Shown one piece after another: positions 39,117-49,093 of a DNA stretch of 64,000 bases. The DNA is taken from positions 25,790 to 89,789 of the forward strand of contig CAIJPD010000006.1 of assembly GCA_903822495.1 (NCBI GenBank), given 5' to 3'. The DNA is from an uncultured Chloroflexota bacterium (GTDB lineage Bacteria > Chloroflexota > Limnocylindria > Limnocylindrales > CSP1-4). The translations under genes were made by a program, and so were the position numbers. Position 1 is the stretch's first letter. The number at the start of each line of letters is the position of its first letter. Under the pieces are notes generated by a model. That model had not been told where the DNA came from, made no database searches, and saw nothing but the letters and a program-made list of their open reading frames with translations.

Positions 39117-39913
39117 TGGCCACCGTCGCGCCCACCCCGGCACGGGTTGCGTCGCCCGGCTTCATCAGCCGCCTGGAGGCGTGGCCCACGGTGACCTCGT
39201 TCATCGTCCTCGTCGGTGGCTGGGAGCTCATCGGCCGGAGCCTCAACCAGCCGTTCTTCCCGCCGCTCTCCTCGGTCCTGAACGAGCTTGCCATCAACCA
39301 GGCGGAGATCATGGCGGCCCTGGGCACCAGCCTGACGAACCTGGTGCTGGGGTTCATCGTCTCCGTGGTCTTCGGCGTCGGCCTGGGCCTGCTGATGGGC
39401 GCGTTCCGGAAGCTGGACGCCGCGCTGGACATCTACATCAACGCGCTGCTGACGGCGCCGTCGCTCGTCTTTGCCCCCATCTTCTTCGCGATCTGGGGCC
39501 TCGAGCGCTGGTCGATCGTGGCGGTCATCTTCATGTACTCCACCTGGATCATGGTGGTCAACACGGTGACCGCCGTCCGCACCGTCTCGCCTGAGATGCT
39601 GGAGATGGGCCGGGCATTCAACGCCCCGCGCATCAAGACGTGGACGCGGATCGTGCTCCCGGCGGCGACGCCCCTGATCATGGCCGGGATCCGGCTGGCC
39701 ACCGGGCGTGCCGTCAAGGGCATGCTCAACGGCGAGATGTTCATCGCCATCGTCGGCCTGGGCAAGCTGGTCAAGGACGGCAGCGGGCGGTTCGATGCCT
39801 CCCTGGTCCTCGCGATCCTGGTGGTCATCATCGTGGTCGCGTTCATCGCCCTGTGGGTCGTCGGGTGGGTGGATGCGCGACTGACTCGCTGGCTGCCCAA
39901 GACCTCGCGCTGA
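39116..39913 (+). CDS. ABC transporter permease (second SsuC/TauC-like subunit)
   Basis: 6-TM permease. Start overlaps the ATPase stop. Confidence 0.8.
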   Translation: MATVAPTPARVASPGFISRLEAWPTVTSFIVLVGGWELIGRSLNQPFFPPLSSVLNELAINQAEIMAALGTSLTNLVLGFIVSVVFGVGLGLLMGAFRKLDAALDIYINALLTAPSLVFAPIFFAIWGLERWSIVAVIFMYSTWIMVVNTVTAVRTVSPEMLEMGRAFNAPRIKTWTRIVLPAATPLIMAGIRLATGRAVKGMLNGEMFIAIVGLGKLVKDGSGRFDASLVLAILVVIIVVAFIALWVVGWVDARLTRWLPKTSR

Positions 39914-39926
39914 ACACCGCCGGGCG

Positions 39927-40994
39927 GTGACCTTCCTCCCGGGCGAGCCGGGGGCCTGGCGGCTCGACGGCGACGGGTTCAGCGTCGAGCAGCTCCGGAT
40001 TCCCGCGCCCCAACTGCACATCCAGGAGGCCTCGGTCTACCTGTTCACCGCCGGGCGGGAGCGGCTCCTGGTGGACTGCGCACCCGCCGCCGACCCGTCT
40101 TGGCTGGCGCTGGAAGCTGCGCTGGGCGCGCGCGGCCTGGGGCTCGCCGACATCGCCACCGTCGTCGTCACGCATGCCCACCCCGACCACTACGGCAACG
40201 CCCACCGCTTTCAGGCGGCAGGCGCGCGGGTGGTGCTCCATCGACGCGACCTGGAGTTCCATCAGGACCGGAACGGCGATCAGGCGGGGTACCGGGACCG
40301 GACATCCGCCTGGCTCGGCATGCAGGGCGTCCCGGAGGTCGAGCATCGCGATTGGCTCGTGGCCCGGATGGCCAAGATGTCCAGCCTGCCGCTCCGTCCC
40401 GACGTCCTGCTGGACGGCGGCGAGGCGATCCCCGTGGGCCCGCTCCGCCTCCGCGTCGAATGGACGCCGGGCCACACGCCGGGGCACGTGATCCTCCACG
40501 AGGACGCGCATCGCCTCCTGCTGCTCGGCGATCACATCCTTCCCACCGCCTCACCCAACATCGGGATCGACCAGGACAACGCAGGCAACCCGCTCCCGGG
40601 CTATCTCGATTCGTTGCGGGGCTTCGCCGAGCGCTCGGACCTGGTGGCCCTCCCCGGCCACGGCCACGCCTTTGATCTCGTGGCCAGGTCGCGCCAGATC
40701 CTGGAGCACCAGGAGGAGCGAGGGCGGCGGGTGCTGCGCGCGGTGGAGGCGGGGGCGCGGACGGCCTACGAGGTGCGCCCGTTCGCCTGGGACGACGCGA
40801 CGTGGGCCGGCCTGGGCAAGGGCCTGCGGGTCAACGCGATCCGGACGCTCGCGGCCCACCTCGAGCGGCTCGGCGAGCTGGGGCTGCTGGTTCGCGAGGA
40901 GCGCGACGGGTGGGTGACCTGGCGCTCATTGGGTGGTGGCACGGGCGACCAGCTGGTGGAGCCCGGCGAGGCGGACGCGGCCGAGCACGACTGA
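39927..40994 (+). CDS. MBL-fold metallo-hydrolase
   Basis: HxHxDH motif (THAHPDHYG) plus downstream His/Asp ligands. Confidence 0.8.
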   Translation: MTFLPGEPGAWRLDGDGFSVEQLRIPAPQLHIQEASVYLFTAGRERLLVDCAPAADPSWLALEAALGARGLGLADIATVVVTHAHPDHYGNAHRFQAAGARVVLHRRDLEFHQDRNGDQAGYRDRTSAWLGMQGVPEVEHRDWLVARMAKMSSLPLRPDVLLDGGEAIPVGPLRLRVEWTPGHTPGHVILHEDAHRLLLLGDHILPTASPNIGIDQDNAGNPLPGYLDSLRGFAERSDLVALPGHGHAFDLVARSRQILEHQEERGRRVLRAVEAGARTAYEVRPFAWDDATWAGLGKGLRVNAIRTLAAHLERLGELGLLVREERDGWVTWRSLGGGTGDQLVEPGEADAAEHD

Positions 40995-41057
40995 GCCTGC
41001 TCCGGGTGGGCCGGCAGGCCTCGCCGCGCCCCGCCACCCCCAGCGGGACTCCCACGC

Positions 41058-42029
41058 CTACCCCAACTCGCGGATCGGGCTCCCGGCCAGCCACGCCACG
41101 ACATCCTCGATCGCATCGCCGTACATCCGGGCGAAGTTGTCAGCCGTCGCGTAGCCCAGGTGCGGCGTAAGCAGGACGTTGTCGAGGCCCAGCAGGCGAT
41201 GGCCGGCCGGCAGCGGCTCCCGCTCGTAGACGTCCATCGCCGCGCCCGCGATCCGGCGACCGGCCAGGGCGGCGTACAGCGCGTCCTGGTCCACCAGCCC
41301 GGCCCGGGCCGTATTCACGAGGAACGCGGCAGGCCGCATGAGGTCCAGGTCTGCGGCGCCCACGATCTCGCGGCTCCGGTCGGACAGGACCAGGTGCAGC
41401 GTCACGACGTCCGCCGTCGCGAAGAGCTCGGCCTTCTCGACACGGCGGGCGCCATGCGCGGCCGCGCGCTCGGCCGTCAGGTTGGGGCTCCAGGCGATCA
41501 CGTCCATGCCCATGGCCAGGGCGGCCCTCGCCACCGCGCCGCCCACCGTGCCCAGCCCCGCGATCCCCAGCGTCTTGCCGGCAAGGCCAACGCCCGGCCG
41601 AGTCTGCCATCGTCCCTCGCGGAGCGAGCGCTCCTGGCCGGGGATGTCGCGGACCAGCGCGATCAGCAGGCCGATGGCCAGCTCGGACGTGGGGCTGCCC
41701 ACCCCGCGCGTGCCGCACACCGTGACGCCCTGGGCCCGTGCCGCGGGCAGGTCGAACGAGTTGTTGCGCATGCCGGTGGTGACCAGCAGGCGGAGGCGCG
41801 GGAGGCGATGAAGGAGTCGGGCGGGGAACGGCGTCCGCTCGCGCATGCCGACCACGACGTCGAAGGCGGCCAACGCGGTGGCCGCCTCGTCCTCGGACGC
41901 GAACGCGCGGTCGAAGACGGTGAGCCGCTCGACCCGTCCCATCAGCGGGCTCCAGTCGGCGGCCGCGAGGGCGGCGTTCGCGTAGTCGTCCAGGATGGCG
42001 AGGCCGACGGATCGACCGGCGTCAGACAC
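41058..42029 (-). CDS. D-isomer-specific 2-hydroxyacid dehydrogenase (PGDH/GyaR-like)
   Basis: GTG start (VSDAGRSVGLAILDDY). NAD-binding GIAGLGTVG. Catalytic R/E/H region. Confidence 0.8.
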   Translation of the reverse strand: MSDAGRSVGLAILDDYANAALAAADWSPLMGRVERLTVFDRAFASEDEAATALAAFDVVVGMRERTPFPARLLHRLPRLRLLVTTGMRNNSFDLPAARAQGVTVCGTRGVGSPTSELAIGLLIALVRDIPGQERSLREGRWQTRPGVGLAGKTLGIAGLGTVGGAVARAALAMGMDVIAWSPNLTAERAAAHGARRVEKAELFATADVVTLHLVLSDRSREIVGAADLDLMRPAAFLVNTARAGLVDQDALYAALAGRRIAGAAMDVYEREPLPAGHRLLGLDNVLLTPHLGYATADNFARMYGDAIEDVVAWLAGSPIRELG

Positions 42030-42088
42030 GGCGCATGGATTCCTGTCGGGCCGCGTCCAGACTGTCTTGGGCCCGCGGCCCGGCCGTG

Positions 42089-42490
42089 TCAGACACGCGG
42101 GTTGGCCTGTGGTTCGGCGCCGCCCCAGTAGCGCCAGCGCCACCCCGCGTCGTCGCGGGCAAACACGCCCGTCGTCCAGTAGGGGACGTCCTCCTCCACC
42201 CCGTCCCGGCGGGTCCGCACGGAGCCCAGGATCTGGGCCCACGCCACGTCCCCCTCGCGCCAGACGGTGATGGCCTCCGCCGTCCACGTGAACGCCCACG
42301 ATGCGACCGCTTCGGCCATCCCGCGCGTATCCGCCGCCTCGTACGCGAGCTCGCCCAGGCCGGAGCCCGCGACGGCGAAGTCGGGGTGGGCCATCAGCGC
42401 CGCGGGGTCCGAGCCCGGCGTCGAGAGGCGCCGGTAGGTCTCGTGAACCAGCCCGACGATGGCGTCACGTGTCGCCGGATCGGCAAGCAT
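42089..42490 (-). CDS. NTF2-like / SnoaL-like small protein
   Basis: 133 aa with an NTF2-fold-like pattern. Weak assignment. Confidence 0.5.
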   Translation of the reverse strand: MLADPATRDAIVGLVHETYRRLSTPGSDPAALMAHPDFAVAGSGLGELAYEAADTRGMAEAVASWAFTWTAEAITVWREGDVAWAQILGSVRTRRDGVEEDVPYWTTGVFARDDAGWRWRYWGGAEPQANPRV

Positions 42491-42524
42491 CGTCGTACTC
42501 CTCCCCGTGACCCCGCCGGGGGCC

Positions 42525-44306
42525 TCAGCTCCGCTTCAGCAGCTCCTGGAGCCGGGAACCCGTGGTCACGGCTCCCTCGGAGGCCGAGGAGACCAGCGCC
42601 GCGTACTTCGCCAGGACGCCCGACGTATAGCGGGGGGCCGGCGGCGCCCACGCGGCTCGCCGGCGGGCCAGCTCGGCGGCGGGCACCTCCAGGTCCACGG
42701 CCTTGCGGTCCACGTCGACGGTGATGATGTCCCCCTCGTGGACCAGCGCGATGGGCCCACCCAGGGCCGCCTCCGGCGCCACGTGGCCGATCATCAGCCC
42801 GTGGGTCCCGCCGGAGAACCGGCCGTCGGTGATCAGCGAGACCTGGTCGCCCAGGCCCACGCCGACCAGCGCCGCCGTGACGCTGAGCATCTCCTGCATG
42901 CCGGGGCCGCCGACCGGGCCCTCGTTGCGGATCACCACGACGTCGCCGGGCTGGATGCGCTGCCCGCGGACCGCGTCATAGCAGGCGTTCTCGGAATCGA
43001 AGACGCGGGCCGGGCCGCGGTGGAGCCGGCGCTCGTGGCCGGCCAGCTTCACGACGCAGCCGTCGGGCGCCAGGCTGCCGCGCAGGATCGTCAGGCCACC
43101 GACCGGCTTGATCGGCGTCTCGAACGGGACCACGACCTTCTGCCCGGCCGTCTCGCCGGTCGCGGCGGTCTCGGCGATCTGTGCCGTGGTTCGGCCGTCG
43201 ACGTTCTCGACGTCGCCGTGGATCTTGCCGCCCTTGAGCAGCTCGCGGGCGACCAGCGCCACGCCACCGGCGTCGTACAGGTCCGCCGCCGTGTACCGCC
43301 CGCCGGGGACCATGTCCGCGACGATGGGCGTCCGGTCGGCGATCTCGCCGAACTCGTCGATGGTGAGCGGGATCCCGTACTGGTGGGCGATCGCCAGCAT
43401 GTGCAGGACGCCGTTGGTGGAGCCGCCGCTGCCGGCGATCCCGGCGATCGCGTTCTCGATCGCCTTGCGGGTCACGTACCGGCTGGGGCGCTTGTCCTCG
43501 CGAACCAGGTCCATGACCAGCTCGCCGCAGCGGTACGCCGCGGCGTCCTTGGCGGGATCCTCGGCCGGGATGCCGTTCAGGCCTGCGGGGGAGAGGCCCA
43601 GGAACTCCAGCGCCATGCTCATGGTGTTGGCCGTGTACTGGCCGCCGCATGCGCCGGGGCCGGGGCAGGAGACGTTCTCCACCTCGTACAGCTCGTCGAG
43701 CGTGATCTTGCCGGCCCGGTAGGCGCCGATCGCCTCGAAGACGGTGACGACCGTGGCCTCGCGCTTGCCCTTGTAGAAGCCCGGCAGGATCGTGCCGTTG
43801 TACAGCACCAGGCCCGGGACATCCATCCGGCCCAGCGCGATGGCCGCGCCCGGGATGGTCTTGTCGCAGCCGACCAGGCAGACCACGCCGTCCATCAGGT
43901 GCCCGCGGACGACCAGTTCGATGCTGTCCGCGATCACCTCGCGGCTGACCAGCGACGACTTCATCCCCTCGGTGCCCATCGAGACGCCGTCGCTGACGGC
44001 GACCGTGTTGAACTCCATGGGCGTGCCGCCGGCGGCCCGGATGCCGGCCTTGACGTGCTCCGCCAGCCGCCGCTGGTTGAAGTTGCACGGCATGGTCTCG
44101 ATCCACGTGGTGGCCACGCCCACGATGGGCTTGGCCAGGTCCGCGTCCGTGAACCCGATCGCCTTGAGCATCGCGCGTGCCGCGGCGCGGTCCGGCCCGT
44201 CGGTGAGCGCGGCCGAGTGGCGCTTGGCCGGGTCGCTGGGCTGATCGTAGGGGTGGCGCTGGTCGGCCATCGGATGCGGGTCTCCGGCTGCGGGCGAGGT
44301 GGTCAT
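42525..44306 (-). CDS. ilvD: dihydroxy-acid dehydratase
   Basis: CPGPGACGG Fe-S motif and the IlvD/EDD signature. The start may be Met-13 (44270). Confidence 0.9.
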   Translation of the reverse strand: MTTSPAAGDPHPMADQRHPYDQPSDPAKRHSAALTDGPDRAAARAMLKAIGFTDADLAKPIVGVATTWIETMPCNFNQRRLAEHVKAGIRAAGGTPMEFNTVAVSDGVSMGTEGMKSSLVSREVIADSIELVVRGHLMDGVVCLVGCDKTIPGAAIALGRMDVPGLVLYNGTILPGFYKGKREATVVTVFEAIGAYRAGKITLDELYEVENVSCPGPGACGGQYTANTMSMALEFLGLSPAGLNGIPAEDPAKDAAAYRCGELVMDLVREDKRPSRYVTRKAIENAIAGIAGSGGSTNGVLHMLAIAHQYGIPLTIDEFGEIADRTPIVADMVPGGRYTAADLYDAGGVALVARELLKGGKIHGDVENVDGRTTAQIAETAATGETAGQKVVVPFETPIKPVGGLTILRGSLAPDGCVVKLAGHERRLHRGPARVFDSENACYDAVRGQRIQPGDVVVIRNEGPVGGPGMQEMLSVTAALVGVGLGDQVSLITDGRFSGGTHGLMIGHVAPEAALGGPIALVHEGDIITVDVDRKAVDLEVPAAELARRRAAWAPPAPRYTSGVLAKYAALVSSASEGAVTTGSRLQELLKRS

Positions 44307-44565
44307 CGGCGGCCGGCGCGTCTGCGCGCGCGGCGTATCTGCACGCAGTGTATGGCGCGGACGACCGGGTCAGCCGGCCGCGCCGCGCGTGCGGCCGGGG
44401 TGCGGTCCTCCAGCCGATCATCGAACCGGCGGTCGCCGATGATGGTCGCGTAGACGGGGTCCCAGCGCAGGCGGGTCTCCCGGAAGTCGGCCGCCAGCGA
44501 CGCGACGGCCGGGCCGGCGAGGGCCGCGACCCCTGGGCCGGCGAGGGCCGGTGGCTCGCCCGGGA
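44303..44565 (-). pseudogene. possible remnant of a DUF885-family gene (N-terminal ~60 codons only)
   Basis: The − frame encodes ...DFRETRLRWDPVYATIIGDRRFDDRLEDRTP with GC3-biased codons. This resembles the DUF885 N-terminus. No start codon or downstream body. Confidence 0.2.
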
Positions 44566-45741
44566 TCACTTCGCGCAGGCGCCCACCGCCACCGCCGTCG
44601 TCTTGCCGATCGCCGGGCCCACCGCCGCGGCGACCGCCACCGGGGAGAGCGCGTAGCCCACCGCGGCATCGGTCCGTGCCTCGGCGAACACGACCCCGCC
44701 GACCGTGCCATCCAGGAGGACGAACGGGCCGCCGCTGTCGCCGCGGTCGATGGCCGCGTGCAGCTCGATGATCCGCCGCGTGATCTCGCCGGCGCCGTAG
44801 ATATCGACGCCGCGCGCGTCGTAGGCGCCCGTCACGGCGGATGGGATGACCGTCAGCGGGCCGCCGGCCGGGTGTCCAAACGATGCCCCGAGGGTGCCCC
44901 GCTCCGGGTCCTTCGCCGCGAATGGCAGCGGGATGATCACCAGCTTGGGCACGAACAGCACCGCGATGTCCAGCGACGGGTCGAAGAGCACCGGCGTCGC
45001 GTCGTACAGCGTGCCCTGGTGGTCCACCCGGATGGTTCGGCCGCCGGCCACCACGTGGGCATTGGTCACGATGTAGCCCGGCGCGTTGGAGAAGCCCGTG
45101 CCGCTCGACTGCAGCCCGCACGTGGACGCGACCACCTTGACCGTGCTGGCGCCGACGACCTGGGCGATGGCCTGGACCAGCGGGTCCGTGGGGAGGTCCA
45201 CCGGCGGCCGGGGCAGGGGCTCCAGGCCGATGAAGAAGTCCGGCAGCCCCGAGGCATCCAGGAGGCGGCCCAGCGCCGAGGCAAAGCTGGTCGGCGGCGC
45301 CAGGACCTTGTCGAGGGTTCGAACCGCGGCCGACGTCTGGGCGGCGCGCGCGAGGGAGGGCAGGGGACCCACGGCCAGCAGCCCGCCGGCCAGCCAGATG
45401 ACCAGGATGCCCTGGAGCGCCCCGCCCGCCGCCCCCGACACCCGGTCCAGCGCGCCCAGGAGCCCGCCGCCCAGCTTGTTGCCGGCCCATCGGCCGACGG
45501 CCGCGCCCACACCCTCGCCCAGCCCTACGGCGAAGATCAGGCCGGCCAGGACCGCGAGCGCCCGGACCGTGGGATCGAGCGATTCCAGGCGCGGCTCCAC
45601 GATTGGCAGGAGCCAGATCGCGATCAGCCCGCCCGCCGCCGCCCCGCCGATGCCGCCCAGCTGCGGGAGCAGGCCGCTCCGGAAGCCCAGCAGGACCGCG
45701 ATCACGAAGAACAGGATCGCCAGCAGGTCGAAGGGGTTCAT
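44566..45741 (-). CDS. MarP-like membrane serine protease (CvpA 4-TM domain + trypsin-like S1 domain)
   Basis: N-terminal CvpA-like TM helices. C-terminal trypsin fold with TNAHVV (His) and GDSGGP (Ser) motifs. Confidence 0.85.
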   Translation of the reverse strand: MNPFDLLAILFFVIAVLLGFRSGLLPQLGGIGGAAAGGLIAIWLLPIVEPRLESLDPTVRALAVLAGLIFAVGLGEGVGAAVGRWAGNKLGGGLLGALDRVSGAAGGALQGILVIWLAGGLLAVGPLPSLARAAQTSAAVRTLDKVLAPPTSFASALGRLLDASGLPDFFIGLEPLPRPPVDLPTDPLVQAIAQVVGASTVKVVASTCGLQSSGTGFSNAPGYIVTNAHVVAGGRTIRVDHQGTLYDATPVLFDPSLDIAVLFVPKLVIIPLPFAAKDPERGTLGASFGHPAGGPLTVIPSAVTGAYDARGVDIYGAGEITRRIIELHAAIDRGDSGGPFVLLDGTVGGVVFAEARTDAAVGYALSPVAVAAAVGPAIGKTTAVAVGACAK

Positions 45742-45848
45742 GCCGTGGCGTGTCCGGTCTGCATCATGCCGCCCAGGTCATCGCGCCCAGCGCCACGTCA
45801 CCGGCCCGCACGCGACGCACGCGTGACGCTCAGGGCGGCGAGCGACGC

Positions 45849-46475
45849 TCAGGCGACCTCGCTCAGCATGGTGTCGACGCGGGCCGGGTTGGCGGTCTCC
45901 CAGCCGGAGATCTCCTCGCGCTTGCCCAACAGGTAGCCCAGCTCGTCGGTGCCGGCCAGCATCATCATCTTGGCGAACGGATCCACCTCGAAGCCGATGG
46001 TGGAGCCGTCCGGGAGCAGGATTCCCTGCTCGGACAGGTCGATGGTCAGCTCCGCGTCGGGGTGCTCCGCCACCATCTCGAACAGTTGGCGGTGCGTCTC
46101 CGGGTCAACCCGGATGGGGAGTACGCCGTTCTTCAGGCTGTTGTTGTTGAAGATGTCGGCGAACGACGTGGAGATGATCGCCCGCACGCCCCACGACGCG
46201 AGGGCCCACGGGGCGTGCTCGCGCGACGACCCGGCGCCAAAGTTGTCGCCGGCCAGGAGCACCTGGCGGCACTGCATCTCAGGGCGGTCCAGGATGAAGC
46301 GCGGCTCCTTGAGCGAGCCGTCCTCCTCGAACCGGTAGTCGCGGAAGAGTGCCTCGCCCAGGCCCAGCTTGTCCGTGACCTTGAGGTAGCGGGCGGGGAC
46401 GATCTGGTCCGTGTCGATGTTCTCCATCGGCAGCGGGATGATCGCCGAGCGAAAGACGCGATACGGTGCTGCCAT
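45849..46475 (-). CDS. leuD: 3-isopropylmalate dehydratase small subunit
   Basis: 208 aa from MAAPYRV. Aconitase swivel domain. Its stop is 2 nt from the leuC stop/start junction. Confidence 0.9.
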   Translation of the reverse strand: MAAPYRVFRSAIIPLPMENIDTDQIVPARYLKVTDKLGLGEALFRDYRFEEDGSLKEPRFILDRPEMQCRQVLLAGDNFGAGSSREHAPWALASWGVRAIISTSFADIFNNNSLKNGVLPIRVDPETHRQLFEMVAEHPDAELTIDLSEQGILLPDGSTIGFEVDPFAKMMMLAGTDELGYLLGKREEISGWETANPARVDTMLSEVA

Positions 46476-46477
46476 GG

Positions 46478-47917
46478 TCAGCGGCCCCCCACGCTGGCGG
46501 AGCGCTCGATGCCGGCGAGCGTCCTGGGATCGGCCACCACGCCGGCGATCGCCGACGCGGCCGCGGTCAGCGGCGAGGCCAGGAAGGTGCGGCCGCCCTT
46601 GCCCTGGCGGCCCTCGAAGTTGCGGTTGGAGGTGCTGATCGCGTACTGCCCGGGCGACAGCTGGTCCCCGTTCATCGCGATGCACATGCTGCAGCCGGCC
46701 TCGCGCCACTCGGCGCCGGCCGCCTTGAAGATCTCGCCGAGGCCCTCGGCCTCGGCCTCCCGCTTCACCTCTTCGGAGCCTGGGACCACCATCATCCGGA
46801 CGCCGGACGCCACCTTGTGGCCCTGCAGCGCGGCCGCGGCGAGGCGCAGGTCGCTGATCCGGCCGTTGGTGCACGAGCCGATGAAGACCACGTCGATCTT
46901 CTGGCCCAGGATGGCCTGGCCGGGCCGGAGGTCCATGTACTCCAGGGCACGCTCCAGGGCGCGGCGCTGGGACGGATCCTCCACCGAAGCCGGCGACGGC
47001 ACCAGCCCGCTGATGGGGATGCCCATCCCGGGGTTGGTGCCGTAGGTGACCATCGGCTCCAGGGCCGACGCGTCGATGGTCATGGTCTTGTCGTACGTGG
47101 CGCCCGGGTCCGACGGGAGGCTGCGCCATGCCGCGACGGCCGCGTCCCAGGCGGCGCCGGTCGGCGCGCACGGCCGGCCCTTGATGTACTGCATGGTGAC
47201 GTCGTCGGGGGCGATCAGTCCGGCGCGGGCGCCGCCCTCGATGCTCATGTTGCAGATGGTCATCCGCTGCTCCATGGTCAACGCGCGGATGGCCGCCCCG
47301 GTGTACTCGAAGACGTGGCCGGTGCCGCCGCCAATCCCGATCTGTGCGATGAGCGCCAGGATGATGTCCTTGGCCCCCACGCCCGGCGCCAGCGCGCCCT
47401 CGACGCGCACCTCGTAGGTGCTGGGCCGGCGCTGGAGCAGGCACTGGGTGGCCAGGACCATCTCCACCTCGCTGGTCCCGATGCCGAACGCCAGCGCCCC
47501 GAACGCTCCATGCGTGGCCGTGTGGCTGTCCCCGCACACGATCGTCATCCCCGGCTGGGTGAGCCCCAGCTCCGGGCCGATGATGTGGACGATGCCCTGG
47601 TGGGGGCTGCCGATGCCGTGGATGGGGATCCCGAACTCGCGGCAGTTGTCCTCGAGCTGCTTCACCTGGGCGGCGGCCATCTGGTCAATGATGGGCAGGC
47701 CGCGCGGGGTGGTGGGGATGGAGTGGTCCGCGGTGGCGATGGTCCGCTCCGGGTGCGCCACGCGGATGCCGCGGGTGCGGAGGCCGGTGAACGCCTGGGG
47801 GCTGGTGACCTCGTGGATGAGGTGCAGGTCGATCGCGAGGACGCTGGGGGCGCCCTGGTCCTGGGACACGACGTGCGCGTCCCAGATCTTGTCGACGAGG
47901 GTTCGGGGGGTGGTCAT
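46478..47917 (-). CDS. leuC: 3-isopropylmalate dehydratase large subunit
   Basis: 479 aa from MTTPRTL. Aconitase-family Cys ligands (GSCTNGR, CSMC). Confidence 0.9.
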   Translation of the reverse strand: MTTPRTLVDKIWDAHVVSQDQGAPSVLAIDLHLIHEVTSPQAFTGLRTRGIRVAHPERTIATADHSIPTTPRGLPIIDQMAAAQVKQLEDNCREFGIPIHGIGSPHQGIVHIIGPELGLTQPGMTIVCGDSHTATHGAFGALAFGIGTSEVEMVLATQCLLQRRPSTYEVRVEGALAPGVGAKDIILALIAQIGIGGGTGHVFEYTGAAIRALTMEQRMTICNMSIEGGARAGLIAPDDVTMQYIKGRPCAPTGAAWDAAVAAWRSLPSDPGATYDKTMTIDASALEPMVTYGTNPGMGIPISGLVPSPASVEDPSQRRALERALEYMDLRPGQAILGQKIDVVFIGSCTNGRISDLRLAAAALQGHKVASGVRMMVVPGSEEVKREAEAEGLGEIFKAAGAEWREAGCSMCIAMNGDQLSPGQYAISTSNRNFEGRQGKGGRTFLASPLTAAASAIAGVVADPRTLAGIERSASVGGR

Positions 47918-48020
47918 TCGGTGGTTCCATGTGCGGCGGTGGGGGACCAAGAGGGTACCAGAGCCGCCGGAGCCCCTCGCGCGCGAGGCCATTGGACGGC
48001 TGGATCGGGAACCACGACGT

Positions 48021-48029
48021 TGGTAGAGT
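48021..48029 (+). promoter_or_regulatory. extended -10 element TGgTAGAGT placed 6 nt upstream of the vapB GTG (leaderless transcript predicted)
   Basis: Read directly. No RBS upstream of the start. Confidence 0.35.
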
Positions 48030-48035
48030 CCGAGC

Positions 48036-48278
48036 GTGAAGACGACCGTCGACAAGGCGGGACGCCTGGTGATCCCGCGCCTTCTCCGCGACCGAATCGG
48101 CATGGCCGACGGTGGCGACGTGGAGCTGGAGCTCGACGGGGCCGCGATCCGAATTGAGCCCGTTGGCGGCGGTGCGTTGCGCGAGGACGGCGGCCTGCTC
48201 CTCATCCCGGCCTCGGGCACGGCACTGACCACCGCGGCCGTGCGAGAGCTGATCGACGCCGACCGGCATGGCCGCTGA
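48036..48278 (+). CDS. vapB: type II antitoxin, AbrB/MazE/SpoVT-fold (VapB)
   Basis: 80 aa with the swapped-hairpin motif [14 protein letters not shown]. Overlaps vapC. Confidence 0.8.
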   Translation: MKTTVDKAGRLVIPRLLRDRIGMADGGDVELELDGAAIRIEPVGGGALREDGGLLLIPASGTALTTAAVRELIDADRHGR

Positions 48279-48693
48279 CCAGGGCGACGTCGTCCTCCTC
48301 GACACGAGCGCCGCGGTCGCCCTCGTCGTCGAGGACCACGAGGCACATGCGGCGACCCTCGAAGCCGTCCGAGGCCATCGCCTTGGGCTCGCGGGCCACG
48401 CCTGGTTCGAGACGTACTCGGTCCTGACGCGGCTCCCGGGCGGACGTCGCAGGTCGCCGGGCGACGTTGCGGCCATCCTCGCCCATGACTTCCCGGCGAC
48501 GTCGTTCCTTGCCGTGGAGGCGACGGCCGGGCTAGGGCCAGAGCTGGCCAGGCTCGGTATCTCAGGAGGCGCCGTCCATGACGCGCTCGTCGGCGCGGCC
48601 GCCCGCCAGGATGGCCAAGTGCTTGTGTCCGGCGACGCACGGGCACGGCGCGTCTACGAGGCGCTTGGTGTGCTGGTGCGGCTGATCGGGTAG
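48268..48693 (+). CDS. vapC: type II toxin, PIN-domain ribonuclease (VapC)
   Basis: 141 aa. PIN acidic residues (LLDTSA..., ...D at the C-terminus). 11-nt overlap with vapB. Confidence 0.8.
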   Translation: MAADQGDVVLLDTSAAVALVVEDHEAHAATLEAVRGHRLGLAGHAWFETYSVLTRLPGGRRRSPGDVAAILAHDFPATSFLAVEATAGLGPELARLGISGGAVHDALVGAAARQDGQVLVSGDARARRVYEALGVLVRLIG

Positions 48694-48707
48694 GCCTCCG
48701 CGAGAAC

Positions 48708-49093
48708 TTGACCGCCAACCCCGAGACCGGCACCACCGCCGGCGTGGTCACCCTCGCCTACGACCTCGCCGACCGGACGACGAGCATCACCCCCGCCGGC
48801 GGCACCGCCAGCACCCTGGCCCTCGACGCCCTCGGGCGGCCCAGGACCCGGACCACCGGGACATCCGTCGACACGTACAGCTATGCCGGTGCCACCAACA
48901 ACGTGGTCCGGATCGCCAATGCCGGGGGCACTGGCAGCACGACCGATTCGGTCGTCGATCCGCAGGGCCAGCGCTTCGCGACCAAGACCTGTGCCCACGG
49001 TGGCCTGCTCGCGGCGGAATTCCCTTCCCCAGCGACCGTCCTGGCGGCGGTGCTCGCAGTTGTGTCGTTGATTTCCGCAATAGACTTTGTGGT
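48708..49093 (+). pseudogene. orphan Rhs/YD-repeat fragment (core C-terminal end with DPxG-like motif), no start codon
   Basis: YD-repeat-like units ([26 protein letters not shown]) ending ...VVDPQGQRF, then a short hydrophobic tail. The frame is open from the vapC stop. It is cut off by abiEi. Confidence 0.45.

Noticed and set aside
44303-45490. 395-aa − strand ORF overlapping the MarP-like gene
   Set aside because: Alternative frame of the protease gene. Only its last ~60 codons, outside the protease gene, look coding-like; these are reported separately as a possible DUF885 remnant.
45849-47537. 562-aa − strand ORF beginning inside leuC
   Set aside because: Only the last 208 aa match LeuD. 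The upstream part overlaps leuC in another frame.
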